DNA of 64,000 nt, taken from an uncultured delta proteobacterium. Its GTDB lineage: Bacteria > Myxococcota_A > Polyangia > Fen-1088. Within the stretch, counting starts at the first letter, position 1. Each line of letters opens with the position of its first letter. A program made the position numbers and the translations under genes. The notes under the pieces were generated by a model. That model had not been told where the DNA came from. It did not search any database and worked only from the letters and a program-made list of their open reading frames with translations. Location: the NCBI GenBank assembly GCA_963767925.1, contig CAVYGB010000008.1:2336001-2400000 (forward strand). Reading direction: 5' to 3'. Below are positions 9,807-19,546 of this stretch, piece after piece.

Positions 9807-11145
9807 CGGAGCTGGCGACCACCACCCGGATCACGCTCGCCAGCGGCGGCCCAGCCTGGAAGCGCCGCCGCAGGTACACGAGCGCGCCCACGAACCCCGC
9901 CGCCATGCCCGTCGCGGTGGCCGAGGCGGCGGCGTTGAGCATGGGCGCGCCGGGGACCTGGCCGGGGACGATCAGGAAGGCGACCGCCGCGCCCACCCCG
10001 ACGGTCACGGCGACCAGCCCCACCGCGACCCGCGGCTGGCCCGAGGCGTTGATGATCGCCCCCGCCACCCCGAGCAGCGAGAGGGCGACGATGCCCGAGA
10101 CGAGCACCGGCAGCGCGGTGGCGCCGTCGACGTATTCGGGCTTGTAGAACAGCCCCAGCAGCCCCGCCGGCCGGGCACAGAGGACCGAGGCCATGGCCGC
10201 CGCCAGGATGAGGGCGTAGCGCATGGTCTGGGTCACGTAAGCCCGGGTGGTCTCGCGGTCTTGCTCGAAGGTCGAGCGGGAGACCAGGGGGAAGATCACG
10301 AAGGTGATGATCAGCAAGGCCTGGTAAGGCAGGAGCGAGAAGTTCCGGACGGCCTCGTAGTGACCGACGATCTGGTTGGCCCGCTCCGCGGCGGCGACGA
10401 CGCCGGCAAACCGCCGGAGCAGGATGAGGTCGTAGTTGAGCGCCAGGTTGATGAGCAGCGTGTAGAGGACGATCCCGACCATGAAGGCCGCGAGGCGCCG
10501 CACGGGGAAGGTCGGACCGCCTGCGGTGGGGCGAGAGATGCCAATCACCGCCACGGCGGCCAGCAAGATGACCAGGGCCGCCGCCACGAACCCGCCGAGC
10601 GCGCCGGCGACGCCGAACACCGCCGCCCCGCCCAGCAGGAGCACCGTCTTGATCGTGGAGAAGCCGATGTCGAAGCCGGCCTGCACGTGAAAGCGGCGTA
10701 GCCCGTTGGCCGACCCGATGAACACCGAATAGAGCGAGTAGAAGAAGGGGATGGGGGCCACCAGCCGGAACCAGCGCACGAAGCTGGGGTCCCGGTAGGC
10801 CGAGGCGATCAGGGGGGCGGCCAGGAAGAAGCCCAGCGTGAGGGCCGCCCCGACAACGATCTGCAAGCGGAGGCCCGCCCGCTTGACGGCGTCGGCGCGG
10901 GCGTCGTCCTCGGCGGTGAACTTGGAGACCGACTGGATGGTCCCCTGGACGGTGGCGTTGTTGATGACCGAGACGACGACGTTGACCACCGAGAAGATGC
11001 CGTATTCGGCGCTGCCGACGACCCGGGTGAGCAACCAGCGCTGCAGGAAGGCGCTCACCATGAAGAAGACCTTGGCGGCACCGATGAACAGGGCTCCCCG
11101 TCCGGCCTGCACCGCGCCGTCAGAAGCTCGCGATCCTGAAACCAT
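9640..11145 (-). CDS. Oligosaccharide flippase / polysaccharide biosynthesis membrane protein (MOP superfamily)
   Basis: About 12-14 hydrophobic segments, with LTRVVGSAEYGIFS and IFPLVSR motifs. Confidence 0.8.
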   Translation of the reverse strand: MVSGSRASDGAVQAGRGALFIGAAKVFFMVSAFLQRWLLTRVVGSAEYGIFSVVNVVVSVINNATVQGTIQSVSKFTAEDDARADAVKRAGLRLQIVVGAALTLGFFLAAPLIASAYRDPSFVRWFRLVAPIPFFYSLYSVFIGSANGLRRFHVQAGFDIGFSTIKTVLLLGGAAVFGVAGALGGFVAAALVILLAAVAVIGISRPTAGGPTFPVRRLAAFMVGIVLYTLLINLALNYDLILLRRFAGVVAAAERANQIVGHYEAVRNFSLLPYQALLIITFVIFPLVSRSTFEQDRETTRAYVTQTMRYALILAAAMASVLCARPAGLLGLFYKPEYVDGATALPVLVSGIVALSLLGVAGAIINASGQPRVAVGLVAVTVGVGAAVAFLIVPGQVPGAPMLNAAASATATGMAAGFVGALVYLRRRFQAGPPLASVIRVVVASSATLVAARLVPGEGKLLTLGVLVASGVVFLVALIVLGEFGPQDRAKFRRILGRGGR

Positions 11146-11318
11146 ATGGCGGCGGAGCTTACCCAGGGCGTCGACAAACCGGAACGGGTTTCGCCGGGGC
11201 CAGGCCCGAGGGGTCAGCCTGGCCGGCGGGTAGGATCCGAAACGGTATCCCTTCCGGTAGTCGTCTTTTCGTAACCCACAGACCAGCCCGGCGGGGCTCG
11301 ACCCAGCATTTGCGCCGG

Positions 11319-11334
11319 TGGCACGGGACTTGAT
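11319..11334 (+). promoter_or_regulatory. Putative sigma-54 promoter (-24/-12)
   Basis: TGGCACGGGACTTGAT against the consensus TGGCACG-N4-TTGCW, with one mismatch at -12. It lies upstream of the GlsB/YeaQ gene. Confidence 0.4.
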
Positions 11335-11503
11335 GTCAATTCAGGCGTGTGGCCGGGTGGCGTGATGGGCGAGGCAAAGGAAGGGGAAGACGGCGCCCCG
11401 CGGGACGAACAGTCCGGCGAGGCGCCAGCGGGCGGAGCCGCTCGCCGGGAGACCGTCGACGCTGTCGGCCGAGGCGATTGAAGCAACGGAGGAGGAGAAA
11501 CAC

Positions 11504-11782
11504 ATGAACCCAGCATACGGAATCATTATGTGGATCATCATTGGCGCCCTGGCCGGCTGGATCGGCAGCAAGATCATGGGAACCGACGGCCGTCAGGGCG
11601 GTCTCGCCAACATCGTTGTGGGTATCATCGGTGCGGTGGTGGGCGGCTTCATCAGCAGCTCCGTGTTCGGTGACGCCCGTAGCAACAATGGCCTCATTGC
11701 CAGCTTTCTGGTGGCTTTGCTGGGTTCCGTCATCGTCATCGGGATCTGGCGGGCGCTATCGCGCCGAAGCAGGACCATCTAA
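11504..11782 (+). CDS. GlsB/YeaQ/YmgE family stress-response membrane protein
   Basis: WIIIGALAGWIGSKIM...NIVVGIIGAVVGG; strong RBS GGAGGAG. Confidence 0.9.
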   Translation: MNPAYGIIMWIIIGALAGWIGSKIMGTDGRQGGLANIVVGIIGAVVGGFISSSVFGDARSNNGLIASFLVALLGSVIVIGIWRALSRRSRTI

Positions 11783-11809
11783 CGCGATACTCGCAGTATT
11801 CCCGGGCGG

Positions 11810-11835
11810 CCGGGGTCGGCGAAAGCCGACCTCGG
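11810..11835. terminator. Hairpin between convergent genes (likely terminator)
   Basis: CCGGGGTCGGC-GAAA-GCCGACCTCGG stem with a GNRA loop, followed shortly by TTTTT. Confidence 0.6.
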
Positions 11836-11838
11836 ACG

Positions 11839-12888
11839 TCAGTTTTTCTCTCGCTGCAGCCGCAGCAGGCCGACCGCGCGGTTGACGAGCTCGATGGTCT
11901 GGGCCTCCGACAGCTCGACCGAAAGCAGGGCTCGCGGCCCGCTGGCCTGGGCCTTGATGCCGTCGAGGTAGGGCCCGGCGCCGATCAGCAGGGCCTCCGG
12001 GCTCTTGCGGGCAGCTTTCAGGAAGGTCTCGAACTTGTCGACCAGGACGCGGGCGTCGTCGCCGTTGCTGAGCTCGGCGTCCACCTCGCCCCGCAGGGCG
12101 GGACCGAGGTCGAGGCCGGCGCCGAACCGCATGACCGACGCCTGGGCGCCGAGGCGGGGGTCGGCCCGCAGGGTCTGGCGGGTCTGATCGGGCACCAGCG
12201 CCGCCATCCAGATCGACCGCTTGACCCCCAGCCGTTCCACCAGCCGCAGCAACGTCACGTTCGACTCGGCGCTGGCCGGGGATGAGCCGGTCGCCCGGGC
12301 CAGGTCGGCCATCTTCTCCGCCCAGCCTCCGCCCGCCAGCACGAAGCGGCGCCGGTCCAGGAAGAACCCGGCGGTCCCTTCGGCCGAACCGGTGTGCCAC
12401 AGGGTGTAGCCGGCGTGTTGCCGGGGTTGCAGCTCGTTGCCGCGCAGCTTGGCCTGATCGCGGGCGTAGGTGAGCAGCCGCTTCTCGTCGAAGAGAGCCT
12501 CGCCCTCGATGACGAGCGCGAACGCCCCGCTCTTGCGGGCCTCCTCGGGAAAGGCCGCCACCAGCCGGTGCAGGTGGCGGAAGGGGTCGAGGCCGGTGCG
12601 GGCGGTGAACGCTTCGATCAGCTTCTTGTCGGCCGGGTCCTCGGAGGCCAGGGCCGAGACCCGCTTCCACAGGGCGGTGTCCCGGATGCGCGTGAAGTCG
12701 ATCGAGACGACGACCTGGGTCTCGGCAGGAAAGCGGGCCAGCACGCCGCTGGCCCCCGCCCCCGGCTCGCGCAGGCACCCTCCCCGACAGCCGGCCATGG
12801 TAATGAGACAGACAGCCGCCAGCACCGGGCCAACGGAGAATGACCGGGGCGACCTCTCCGGCGGCCTCATCATCATCATGACCCCCAA
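11839..12888 (-). CDS. Hypothetical lipoprotein (start uncertain)
   Basis: Long ORF with high GC3 and a signal with lipobox-like MAGC. Confidence 0.6.
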   Translation of the reverse strand: MGVMMMMRPPERSPRSFSVGPVLAAVCLITMAGCRGGCLREPGAGASGVLARFPAETQVVVSIDFTRIRDTALWKRVSALASEDPADKKLIEAFTARTGLDPFRHLHRLVAAFPEEARKSGAFALVIEGEALFDEKRLLTYARDQAKLRGNELQPRQHAGYTLWHTGSAEGTAGFFLDRRRFVLAGGGWAEKMADLARATGSSPASAESNVTLLRLVERLGVKRSIWMAALVPDQTRQTLRADPRLGAQASVMRFGAGLDLGPALRGEVDAELSNGDDARVLVDKFETFLKAARKSPEALLIGAGPYLDGIKAQASGPRALLSVELSEAQTIELVNRAVGLLRLQREKN

Positions 12889-12925
12889 CGTTACGCGAAC
12901 CCGCCGCCTTGGCTAGGCCGACCCG

Positions 12926-13603
12926 ATGAGCTGGTCCCAGATGCGCTTCCGCGGACAGGTGGTGTGGGTGCGGGTGGACGGGCAAGGAAAGCCGGTCCTG
13001 GACCGCGACGGCCGGGCCGAGATGAAATACCGGGCCGAGGACAGCCGCTCGTACCGGCCCTCCCCCGGCAACCTGGAGGCCTCGGACGAGCCGCCCGGCG
13101 CCACCCCCCCTCCCCCGTCCGCCCCCCCTCCCTCGTCCGCACCCGCCGGCGCGCGCAAGGGGGCGAGGCCGCCCGAAGCGACGCCCGAGACCATCCACGT
13201 CTGGACCGACGGCGCCTGCACCGGCAACCCGGGCCCCATGGGCATCGGGGTCGTCGTGATCGCCGCCGGGAAGCGGCGGGAGGCCGGGGAATACCTGGGC
13301 CAGGGCACCAACAACATCGCCGAGCTGACCGCCATCGAGCGCGGGCTCGAGATCGCCGCCGAGCTGTCACCGGAGCGTGACCGGCCCGTGCGCGTCTACA
13401 GCGACTCGGCCTATTCTATCGGCGTCGTCAGCCAGGGCTGGAAAGCCAAGGCGAACCAGGAGCTTGTGGCCCGCCTGCGCCGGCAGGTGGCGGCCTTTCC
13501 CGACCTCCACTTCGTCAAGGTCGCGGGCCACGCCGGCATCCCGGAAAACGAACGGTGTGACGAGCTTGCCCGGCGTGCTATCGAATTGCGCTCGGGAGCC
13601 TGA
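12926..13603 (+). CDS. rnhA: Ribonuclease HI with N-terminal extension
   Basis: WTDGACTGNPGPMG, TNNIAELTAI, VYSDSAY, KVAGHAGIPENERCDELA. Confidence 0.92.
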   Translation: MSWSQMRFRGQVVWVRVDGQGKPVLDRDGRAEMKYRAEDSRSYRPSPGNLEASDEPPGATPPPPSAPPPSSAPAGARKGARPPEATPETIHVWTDGACTGNPGPMGIGVVVIAAGKRREAGEYLGQGTNNIAELTAIERGLEIAAELSPERDRPVRVYSDSAYSIGVVSQGWKAKANQELVARLRRQVAAFPDLHFVKVAGHAGIPENERCDELARRAIELRSGA

Positions 13604-13609
13604 GGCGCC

Positions 13610-14368
<759 letters not shown>

Positions 14369-14388
14369 GCGCCAGCCGGGCGGGACCG

Positions 14389-14694
14389 TCAGAGGATCCG
14401 CAGGCGGGTGATCGGCACCTCCACCTCGACCGTCCCCTCGAGCACGCGGGCCTGGCAGGCCAGGCGCTGCCGGGTGAGGTAATAGACGTTACCGAGGTGC
14501 TTCTCCTCGCCCTCGTTGAGGGGGGACAGGTGCTCGTCGCCGGCCAGCACCTTCATCCGGCACAACCCACAGGTGGCATTGCCCACGCAGGCGGTGGCCA
14601 CCGGCACGCCCAGCCGCCGGGCCACCTCGAACAGCGATTCCCCTACCGGGCAGTCGGCCACCAGCCCGATCGGTTCGAACTTGACCGTGGGCAT
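14389..14694 (-). CDS. 2Fe-2S ferredoxin
   Basis: CVGNATCGLC...RLACQ cluster motif; ATG at 14694 preceded by GGAG. Confidence 0.9.
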   Translation of the reverse strand: MPTVKFEPIGLVADCPVGESLFEVARRLGVPVATACVGNATCGLCRMKVLAGDEHLSPLNEGEEKHLGNVYYLTRQRLACQARVLEGTVEVEVPITRLRIL

Positions 14695-14701
14695 GGCTCC
14701 G

Positions 14702-15073
14702 TCAGCGGTCGTTGCGGTGCTTTCGCCAGTCCCCACCCGGAATGGTGGGGGCCGAGCCGAAGCTGGGATCGGCGCCCAGGTAGGCCTCCGCCTTGCCGCC
14801 GCCAGCGAGCTGGACCTCTCCCCGCTGAAAGAGGACCGGACTGCCCTCGACGCCGTCGAGGGCAGCGAGCACCTGCTGGTCGACCAGGTAGAGCTCCCCC
14901 TTCACGCTGGTCTGGCCGCCCGCCAGCAGGCCGGGGTACCCCGAGAGGGCCACCAGGCGGTAGGCGGCGGTGGTGGCTGCCGCGCCGACGTAGCTCGAGC
15001 CGGCCAGGACCTGGGAGTTCGGCTCGCCCCGCATCAGCGTGCCGTAAACGAAAAGCCGCACGCGGTCGCTCAT
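14702..15073 (-). CDS. Gamma-glutamylcyclotransferase (AIG2-like) family protein
   Basis: LFVYGTLMRGEPN, YPGL, VKGELY, LDGVEG. Confidence 0.88.
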   Translation of the reverse strand: MSDRVRLFVYGTLMRGEPNSQVLAGSSYVGAAATTAAYRLVALSGYPGLLAGGQTSVKGELYLVDQQVLAALDGVEGSPVLFQRGEVQLAGGGKAEAYLGADPSFGSAPTIPGGDWRKHRNDR

Positions 15074-15080
15074 CGTCTCT

Positions 15081-15911
15081 TCACTCTAGTTCATTTGGCG
15101 GCTGCGCGAGCAGGCCCTGCTCGGCCCAATCGACAAGGAATTGGAGGGCCGCCCCGGCGGCCTCCTCGGCGGGCCGCCCGGCCCCCAGCCGATCGCAGAC
15201 GAGGCCGAAGGTGCCGCCCGGAGCCAGGGCCGCCAGCAGCCCGGCCTCCTCGGGGGAAGGGCGCCGATGTAGCACTTCGGTGTGTTTTCTCCACACCAGC
15301 AGATGACCGGGCAAAAGCTCCGGCGCCCCCGCCGGCTCGTCCCGGTCGACCCGACGCCAGACCTCCTCGACGGTGAAGCGGACGGGCAGGAGACGCTGGC
15401 CGGGGACCAGCACGAGCGGCAACTCGGCGAACCGGTCGGGAGGAAGGCTGCGCAGCCGGTCGAGGGTCAGCGTCGCGGCGTCGGGGCCGTCGAACAGGTC
15501 GACCCGGCTCCACTCCAGCCGGGCCAGCTCGGCCAGCCAGGGTCGATCGGGGAAGCCCGGACCGGCGGCCAGGAAGTCGGCCAGGGGAGCGCCCAGGTCC
15601 CGCAACGCGTAGCTGGCCGGCGGCCAGGCGGCCAGGAAGTCCCCCACCAGCGCGGCGAAGGCCTCCTCGCCGAGGAGGGCGGCCAGCTTGGGGTAGTCCT
15701 CGGCCACGGCGTCGTGCAGCCGTTCCAGGTACATGTCCGAATAGATCCCGACGCGCCCCACCCCATCGAGCTTCTCGTCCCCGACGACGAGGCCCGCCAG
15801 GTCGGCAGCGCTGGCGCCCAGCCGCGCCAGCTCACCGGGTACCCCCTCGGCCGAGGTCACCAGCGCCAGGAAGCGGGCCTGCAGGCTGCGCAGATCAGAC
15901 GGCCAGCCCAC
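15081..15911 (-). CDS. DUF2063-family MNIO partner protein (HvfC/BufC-like)
   Basis: GTG at 15911 with RBS AAGGAG. LRSLQARF...RVGIYSDMYLERL...DYPKLAALLGEEAF...LAELARLEW. It overlaps the end of the DUF692 gene. Confidence 0.8.
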   Translation of the reverse strand: MGWPSDLRSLQARFLALVTSAEGVPGELARLGASAADLAGLVVGDEKLDGVGRVGIYSDMYLERLHDAVAEDYPKLAALLGEEAFAALVGDFLAAWPPASYALRDLGAPLADFLAAGPGFPDRPWLAELARLEWSRVDLFDGPDAATLTLDRLRSLPPDRFAELPLVLVPGQRLLPVRFTVEEVWRRVDRDEPAGAPELLPGHLLVWRKHTEVLHRRPSPEEAGLLAALAPGGTFGLVCDRLGAGRPAEEAAGAALQFLVDWAEQGLLAQPPNELE

Positions 15912-16833
15912 CGGGCTTCTCCTTGCTCGCGTCCTGGCTCGCGGCGGCCCATTCGATCTCGGCCTCCCCGGCGATCTCCCGGGCCCGCCGGGCCTCGGCG
16001 ACCACCCGCTCGAAGGGCGGGAGGTGGGCGTCCCACTCGATGAGGGTGGGCACCGGCCCATGGGTTCGGATCGCCAGGCGGTAGAGGTCCCAGACCTCTT
16101 CGCGGACGGGGTGGTCGTGGGTGTCGAGGAGGAGGGCGCCGTTGCGGCGGTGCCCGGCGAGGTGGATCTGGCCGATGCGGTCGCCGGGCAGGCCGCGAAT
16201 ATAGGCCTCCGCAGAGAAGCCGTGGTTGTGCGCGCTGACGAAGACGTTGTTGACGTCGAGCAGGAGGCCGCAGCCGGTGCGTTCACACAGCGCCGAGAGA
16301 AACTCCCACTCGCTCATGGCCGAGGAGACGAAGCGCACGTAGCTCGAGACGTTCTCGAGCAGCAGGGGCCGGCGCAGACGATCCTGGACCATCGCCACCC
16401 GCTCGCCGACGTGGCGGAGGGCCTCCTCGGTGAAGGGCAGCGGCAGCAGATCGTGGGCGAAACGGCCGCCGGCGCCGCTCCAGCACAGGTGGTCGGAGAC
16501 GAAGGGCGGGTCGACCTCGGCGGCCAGCGCGGCCAGGCGGTCGAGGTAGGCCTCGTCGAGCGGGTCGACCGAGCCGATCGACAGCGCGACCCCGTGGAGC
16601 ACGACCGGGAAGCGATCGCGGACCGCCCGCAACATCCGGCGGGGGTTGCCACCGGGAGCGAAGTGGTTCTCGCTGATGGCCTCGAACCAGTCGAGGGCGG
16701 CCAGGGAGCTGCCGGGCGGGACGCCGCGGCAGAGATCCTCCTCGATCGCGGAGTAGTGGGCTCCGCGCAGGCCAACGCCGAATCCGTGCAGCGAACGTGA
16801 CGACATCCCGGAAACTCTGTCACGGCGCGCCAC
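15895..16833 (-). CDS. DUF692 family multinuclear non-heme iron oxidative enzyme (MNIO)
   Basis: GVGLRGAHY, WFEAISEN, HGVALSIGS, SDHLCW, LLENVSSY, LLLDVNNVFVSAHNHGF, QIHLAGH, DTHDHPV, TLIEWD. Confidence 0.95.
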   Translation of the reverse strand: MARRDRVSGMSSRSLHGFGVGLRGAHYSAIEEDLCRGVPPGSSLAALDWFEAISENHFAPGGNPRRMLRAVRDRFPVVLHGVALSIGSVDPLDEAYLDRLAALAAEVDPPFVSDHLCWSGAGGRFAHDLLPLPFTEEALRHVGERVAMVQDRLRRPLLLENVSSYVRFVSSAMSEWEFLSALCERTGCGLLLDVNNVFVSAHNHGFSAEAYIRGLPGDRIGQIHLAGHRRNGALLLDTHDHPVREEVWDLYRLAIRTHGPVPTLIEWDAHLPPFERVVAEARRAREIAGEAEIEWAAASQDASKEKPGGLAV

Positions 16834-16925
16834 CCTTCCCCGTACCCGGATCAGCCGGTCGGATTGACGCGGATGAACGGATACGTGGGATGGATAGGAC
16901 CCCGCGCCAAGGCGGGAACGAAGGA

Positions 16926-17159
16926 TTACTTGGCGGGAGCGGGCTCTGCGGGCTTCTCGGCCTTCTCGCCTTCGGCCTTCTCGCCCTCTTTCTTGGCCTT
17001 CTTGCCCTTGGCCTTGCAGCCTTCCTTGCCCTTACAGGCGGCCTTCTCGCCCTTGGCAGTCTTGTCCTTCTCGGCGTCCCCCGCGTTGGCGGCGGTCGGG
17101 GCGGCAGTCACCATGTAGCCCGCGGTCAGAGCCGCGATAAGTGCACCTTTGACGGTCAT
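16926..17159 (-). CDS. Putative secreted RiPP precursor peptide (MNIO substrate)
   Basis: 77 aa, RBS GGAG. Signal peptide ending AANA, Lys/Glu-rich body with CKGKEGCK. It lies directly upstream of DUF692. Confidence 0.8.
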   Translation of the reverse strand: MTVKGALIAALTAGYMVTAAPTAANAGDAEKDKTAKGEKAACKGKEGCKAKGKKAKKEGEKAEGEKAEKPAEPAPAK

Positions 17160-17338
17160 GGGTAGCTCCTCTCCGGGTCGGTTTTGACCCTGGAAGGCAG
17201 CCAGTTAAGCCCACGGACAGCCGATCGCGCAAGCAACGTGTCGTTCACAGGACTCTGCTGCTGCCGGCTTGAATGTGGCGGAAGCCCGCGTCATGTTGTG
17301 GGGAGAGCACCCACCGGGCGCTCGCGCAGGAAGTGCAC

Positions 17339-17527
17339 ATGGACCCCATCCACACCATCAAAGTCTTCACCGCGACCCGAGCCGCCGACCGAGAAGCCCT
17401 GGGCGCAAAGCTGACGGCCTGGATGGACGCCCATCCCGATCTGAAAGTTCTGAAGGCCGTGGTCCGGCAGTCGTCGGACGCCAGCTTTCACTGCCTGTCG
17501 ATTGTGGTCTTCCTGGCAGCGCGGTAG
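17339..17527 (+). CDS. Small conserved myxobacterial hypothetical protein
   Basis: IKVFTATRAADREALG...QSSDASFHCLSIVVF pattern, which I recognise from myxobacterial small proteins. Confidence 0.7.
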   Translation: MDPIHTIKVFTATRAADREALGAKLTAWMDAHPDLKVLKAVVRQSSDASFHCLSIVVFLAAR

Positions 17528-17794
17528 GGCGACGCTCTTTGGATAGATCCAGCCCCCCGGGGCCTGGGTCTGCCTTTTGGGCCTGCAAGCCGTCCTACGG
17601 ATCGACCGGGAAAAAACGCGGGTCGAGCTGCCTCTGAAGTCACTAATAGATGGCCTGGCCCTCGTCTGCCCTGCGGACGAAAAAACCTCGGGCTGGCACA
17701 CGAATTTTCCAAGAGGAACGCCCGCCTCCCCTAACTGAGATCGAGCGGTCAGACGCCGACAACGCCGCGCATAGCCCCGGAGGACCCCCCGCCC

Positions 17795-19546
17795 ATGACT
17801 GATGAAGGACCCGCTTCCAAGATCCCACCGAGACGGCTCTCGAAGCTCCTCGTGCTCGGCGCCCTGGCAGGGCTGGGCTGCACCGGCGCGATCTCGGGCG
17901 ACGGGCCTGGGCCTACGCCCGGGAATGGTCCGGGCAACCGGCCCGGTGAACCGGGACCGGGTCCCGGCGTGGGTCCGGGCCCGGGGGGTCCGGCTGGCTC
18001 CCCCTCGGCCGACGATCTGGGGCGGGCGGTCTTCCGCCGCCTGAACCGGCTGGAATACAACAACACGATCCGCGACCTGCTCGGTGACGCCTCCCGGCCG
18101 GCGACGGCGTTCGCCGCCGATCAGGACTCGGCCCGCTCGGGGTACTTCGCGGGCGGCGCCATCGCCAGCGCCGACGCCTCTCACCTGTTCGACGCGACCG
18201 AGGCGGTGGCGGCCAGCGCCATGAAGCGGCTGCCCGACTTGCTGCCCTGCAAGGCCCTGCCGGCGGCGGCGCCCGATCAGGACCAGTGCGCGCGGCAGTT
18301 CATCACCCAGTTCGGCAGGCGCGCCTTCCGCCGGCCGCTCAGCCAGGACGAGTCGACCAGCTTCACCAACTTCTACAGCGCGCAGCGCTCGGCCGGCCTG
18401 GACTTTCCCAACAGCATGCGCCTCGTGATCTCGGCGCTGCTGCTGTCCCCGCAGTTCCTGTACCGCTGGGAGGTGACCCCCCAGACCGCGGTCCGCGAGG
18501 GGAGCCTGCTCCGCTACAACTCGTACGAGATGGCCTCGCGCCTGTCGTACCTCTTGTGGGCCTCGATGCCCGACGACGCGGCCTTCGCGGCGGCCGATCA
18601 GAACAAGCTCTCCACCCCCGACCAGATCGAGGCGGAGACCCGCCGCCTGCTGAAAGATCCCCGGGCCAAGGAGGCCATCTCCGACTTCTTCACGCAGTGG
18701 CTGGAGGTCAGCGACCTGCGTACGGTGCCCAAGGACGCCAGCGTGTACCCGAGCTACACGGCCCAGCTCGCCGAGGCGATGGTCGCGGAGAGCGCGACGT
18801 TTGCCGCCTCCACCGTGATCGAGGGCGACGGCAAGCTGTCGACCATCTTCACCTCGAACCGGGGCTTCGTGGACGCCAACCTGGCCAAGCTCTACGGCGT
18901 GACCGGCGTGACCGGCGCGGCGCCGACCGCGACCGACCTCGACCCGGCCCAGCGAGGCGGGATCTTGACCCAGGCCAGCTTCCTCACTCAGCACGCCAGC
19001 TCGGATGAGTCGAATCCCACCCGCCGGGGCAAGGTCCTGGCCGACCGGGTCGTTTGCATCGAGATCCCCCTGCCGCCCGACGACGTGCCCGATCCGACGC
19101 CGCCGGCTCCGAACCTCTCGGTGCGCGAGCGCTTCGACACCCACAGCAAGAACCCCTGCGCCACCGCCTGCCACTCGGTCATGGACCCCCTCGGGTTCGC
19201 CTTCGAGAACTACGACGGCATCGGGGCCTACCAGACCAGCGACGGCGGCAAGCCGGTCGACGCCACGGGCAGCATCGAGCTCGACGGGAGCCAGAAGCCC
19301 TTCCAGAACGCCATCGAGCTCGGCAAGCACCTGGGCGCGTCCCGACAGGTGGCCGACTGCATGGCCCGGCAGTTCCTGCGCTACGCCCTCCGCCGCAAGG
19401 AGACACTCGGCGACCAGCCCTCCCTGGCCGCCGCGGGAGACGCGTTCACCAAAGAGTCCAGCAACCTGCGTGAGCTGATCGTGGCCTTGACCAAGACGCG
19501 CGCCTTCACGCACCGTACGCCCTCGACGGGGGAGGTCCTTCCATGA
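17795..19546 (+). CDS. DUF1592/DUF1588/DUF1595/DUF1587/DUF1585 domain lipoprotein
   Basis: RRLNRLEYNNTIRDLLG, RAFRRPL, LLSPQFLYR, YEMASRLSYLLWASMPD, RGGILTQ, CATACH...DPLGFAFENYDGIG. Confidence 0.92.
   Translation: MTDEGPASKIPPRRLSKLLVLGALAGLGCTGAISGDGPGPTPGNGPGNRPGEPGPGPGVGPGPGGPAGSPSADDLGRAVFRRLNRLEYNNTIRDLLGDASRPATAFAADQDSARSGYFAGGAIASADASHLFDATEAVAASAMKRLPDLLPCKALPAAAPDQDQCARQFITQFGRRAFRRPLSQDESTSFTNFYSAQRSAGLDFPNSMRLVISALLLSPQFLYRWEVTPQTAVREGSLLRYNSYEMASRLSYLLWASMPDDAAFAAADQNKLSTPDQIEAETRRLLKDPRAKEAISDFFTQWLEVSDLRTVPKDASVYPSYTAQLAEAMVAESATFAASTVIEGDGKLSTIFTSNRGFVDANLAKLYGVTGVTGAAPTATDLDPAQRGGILTQASFLTQHASSDESNPTRRGKVLADRVVCIEIPLPPDDVPDPTPPAPNLSVRERFDTHSKNPCATACHSVMDPLGFAFENYDGIGAYQTSDGGKPVDATGSIELDGSQKPFQNAIELGKHLGASRQVADCMARQFLRYALRRKETLGDQPSLAAAGDAFTKESSNLRELIVALTKTRAFTHRTPSTGEVLP

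Noticed and set aside
17694..17710. Sigma-54 promoter upstream of the DUF1592 gene (TGGCACACGAATTTTC)
   Set aside because: The -24 box is good but the -12 GC is missing; too weak to call.
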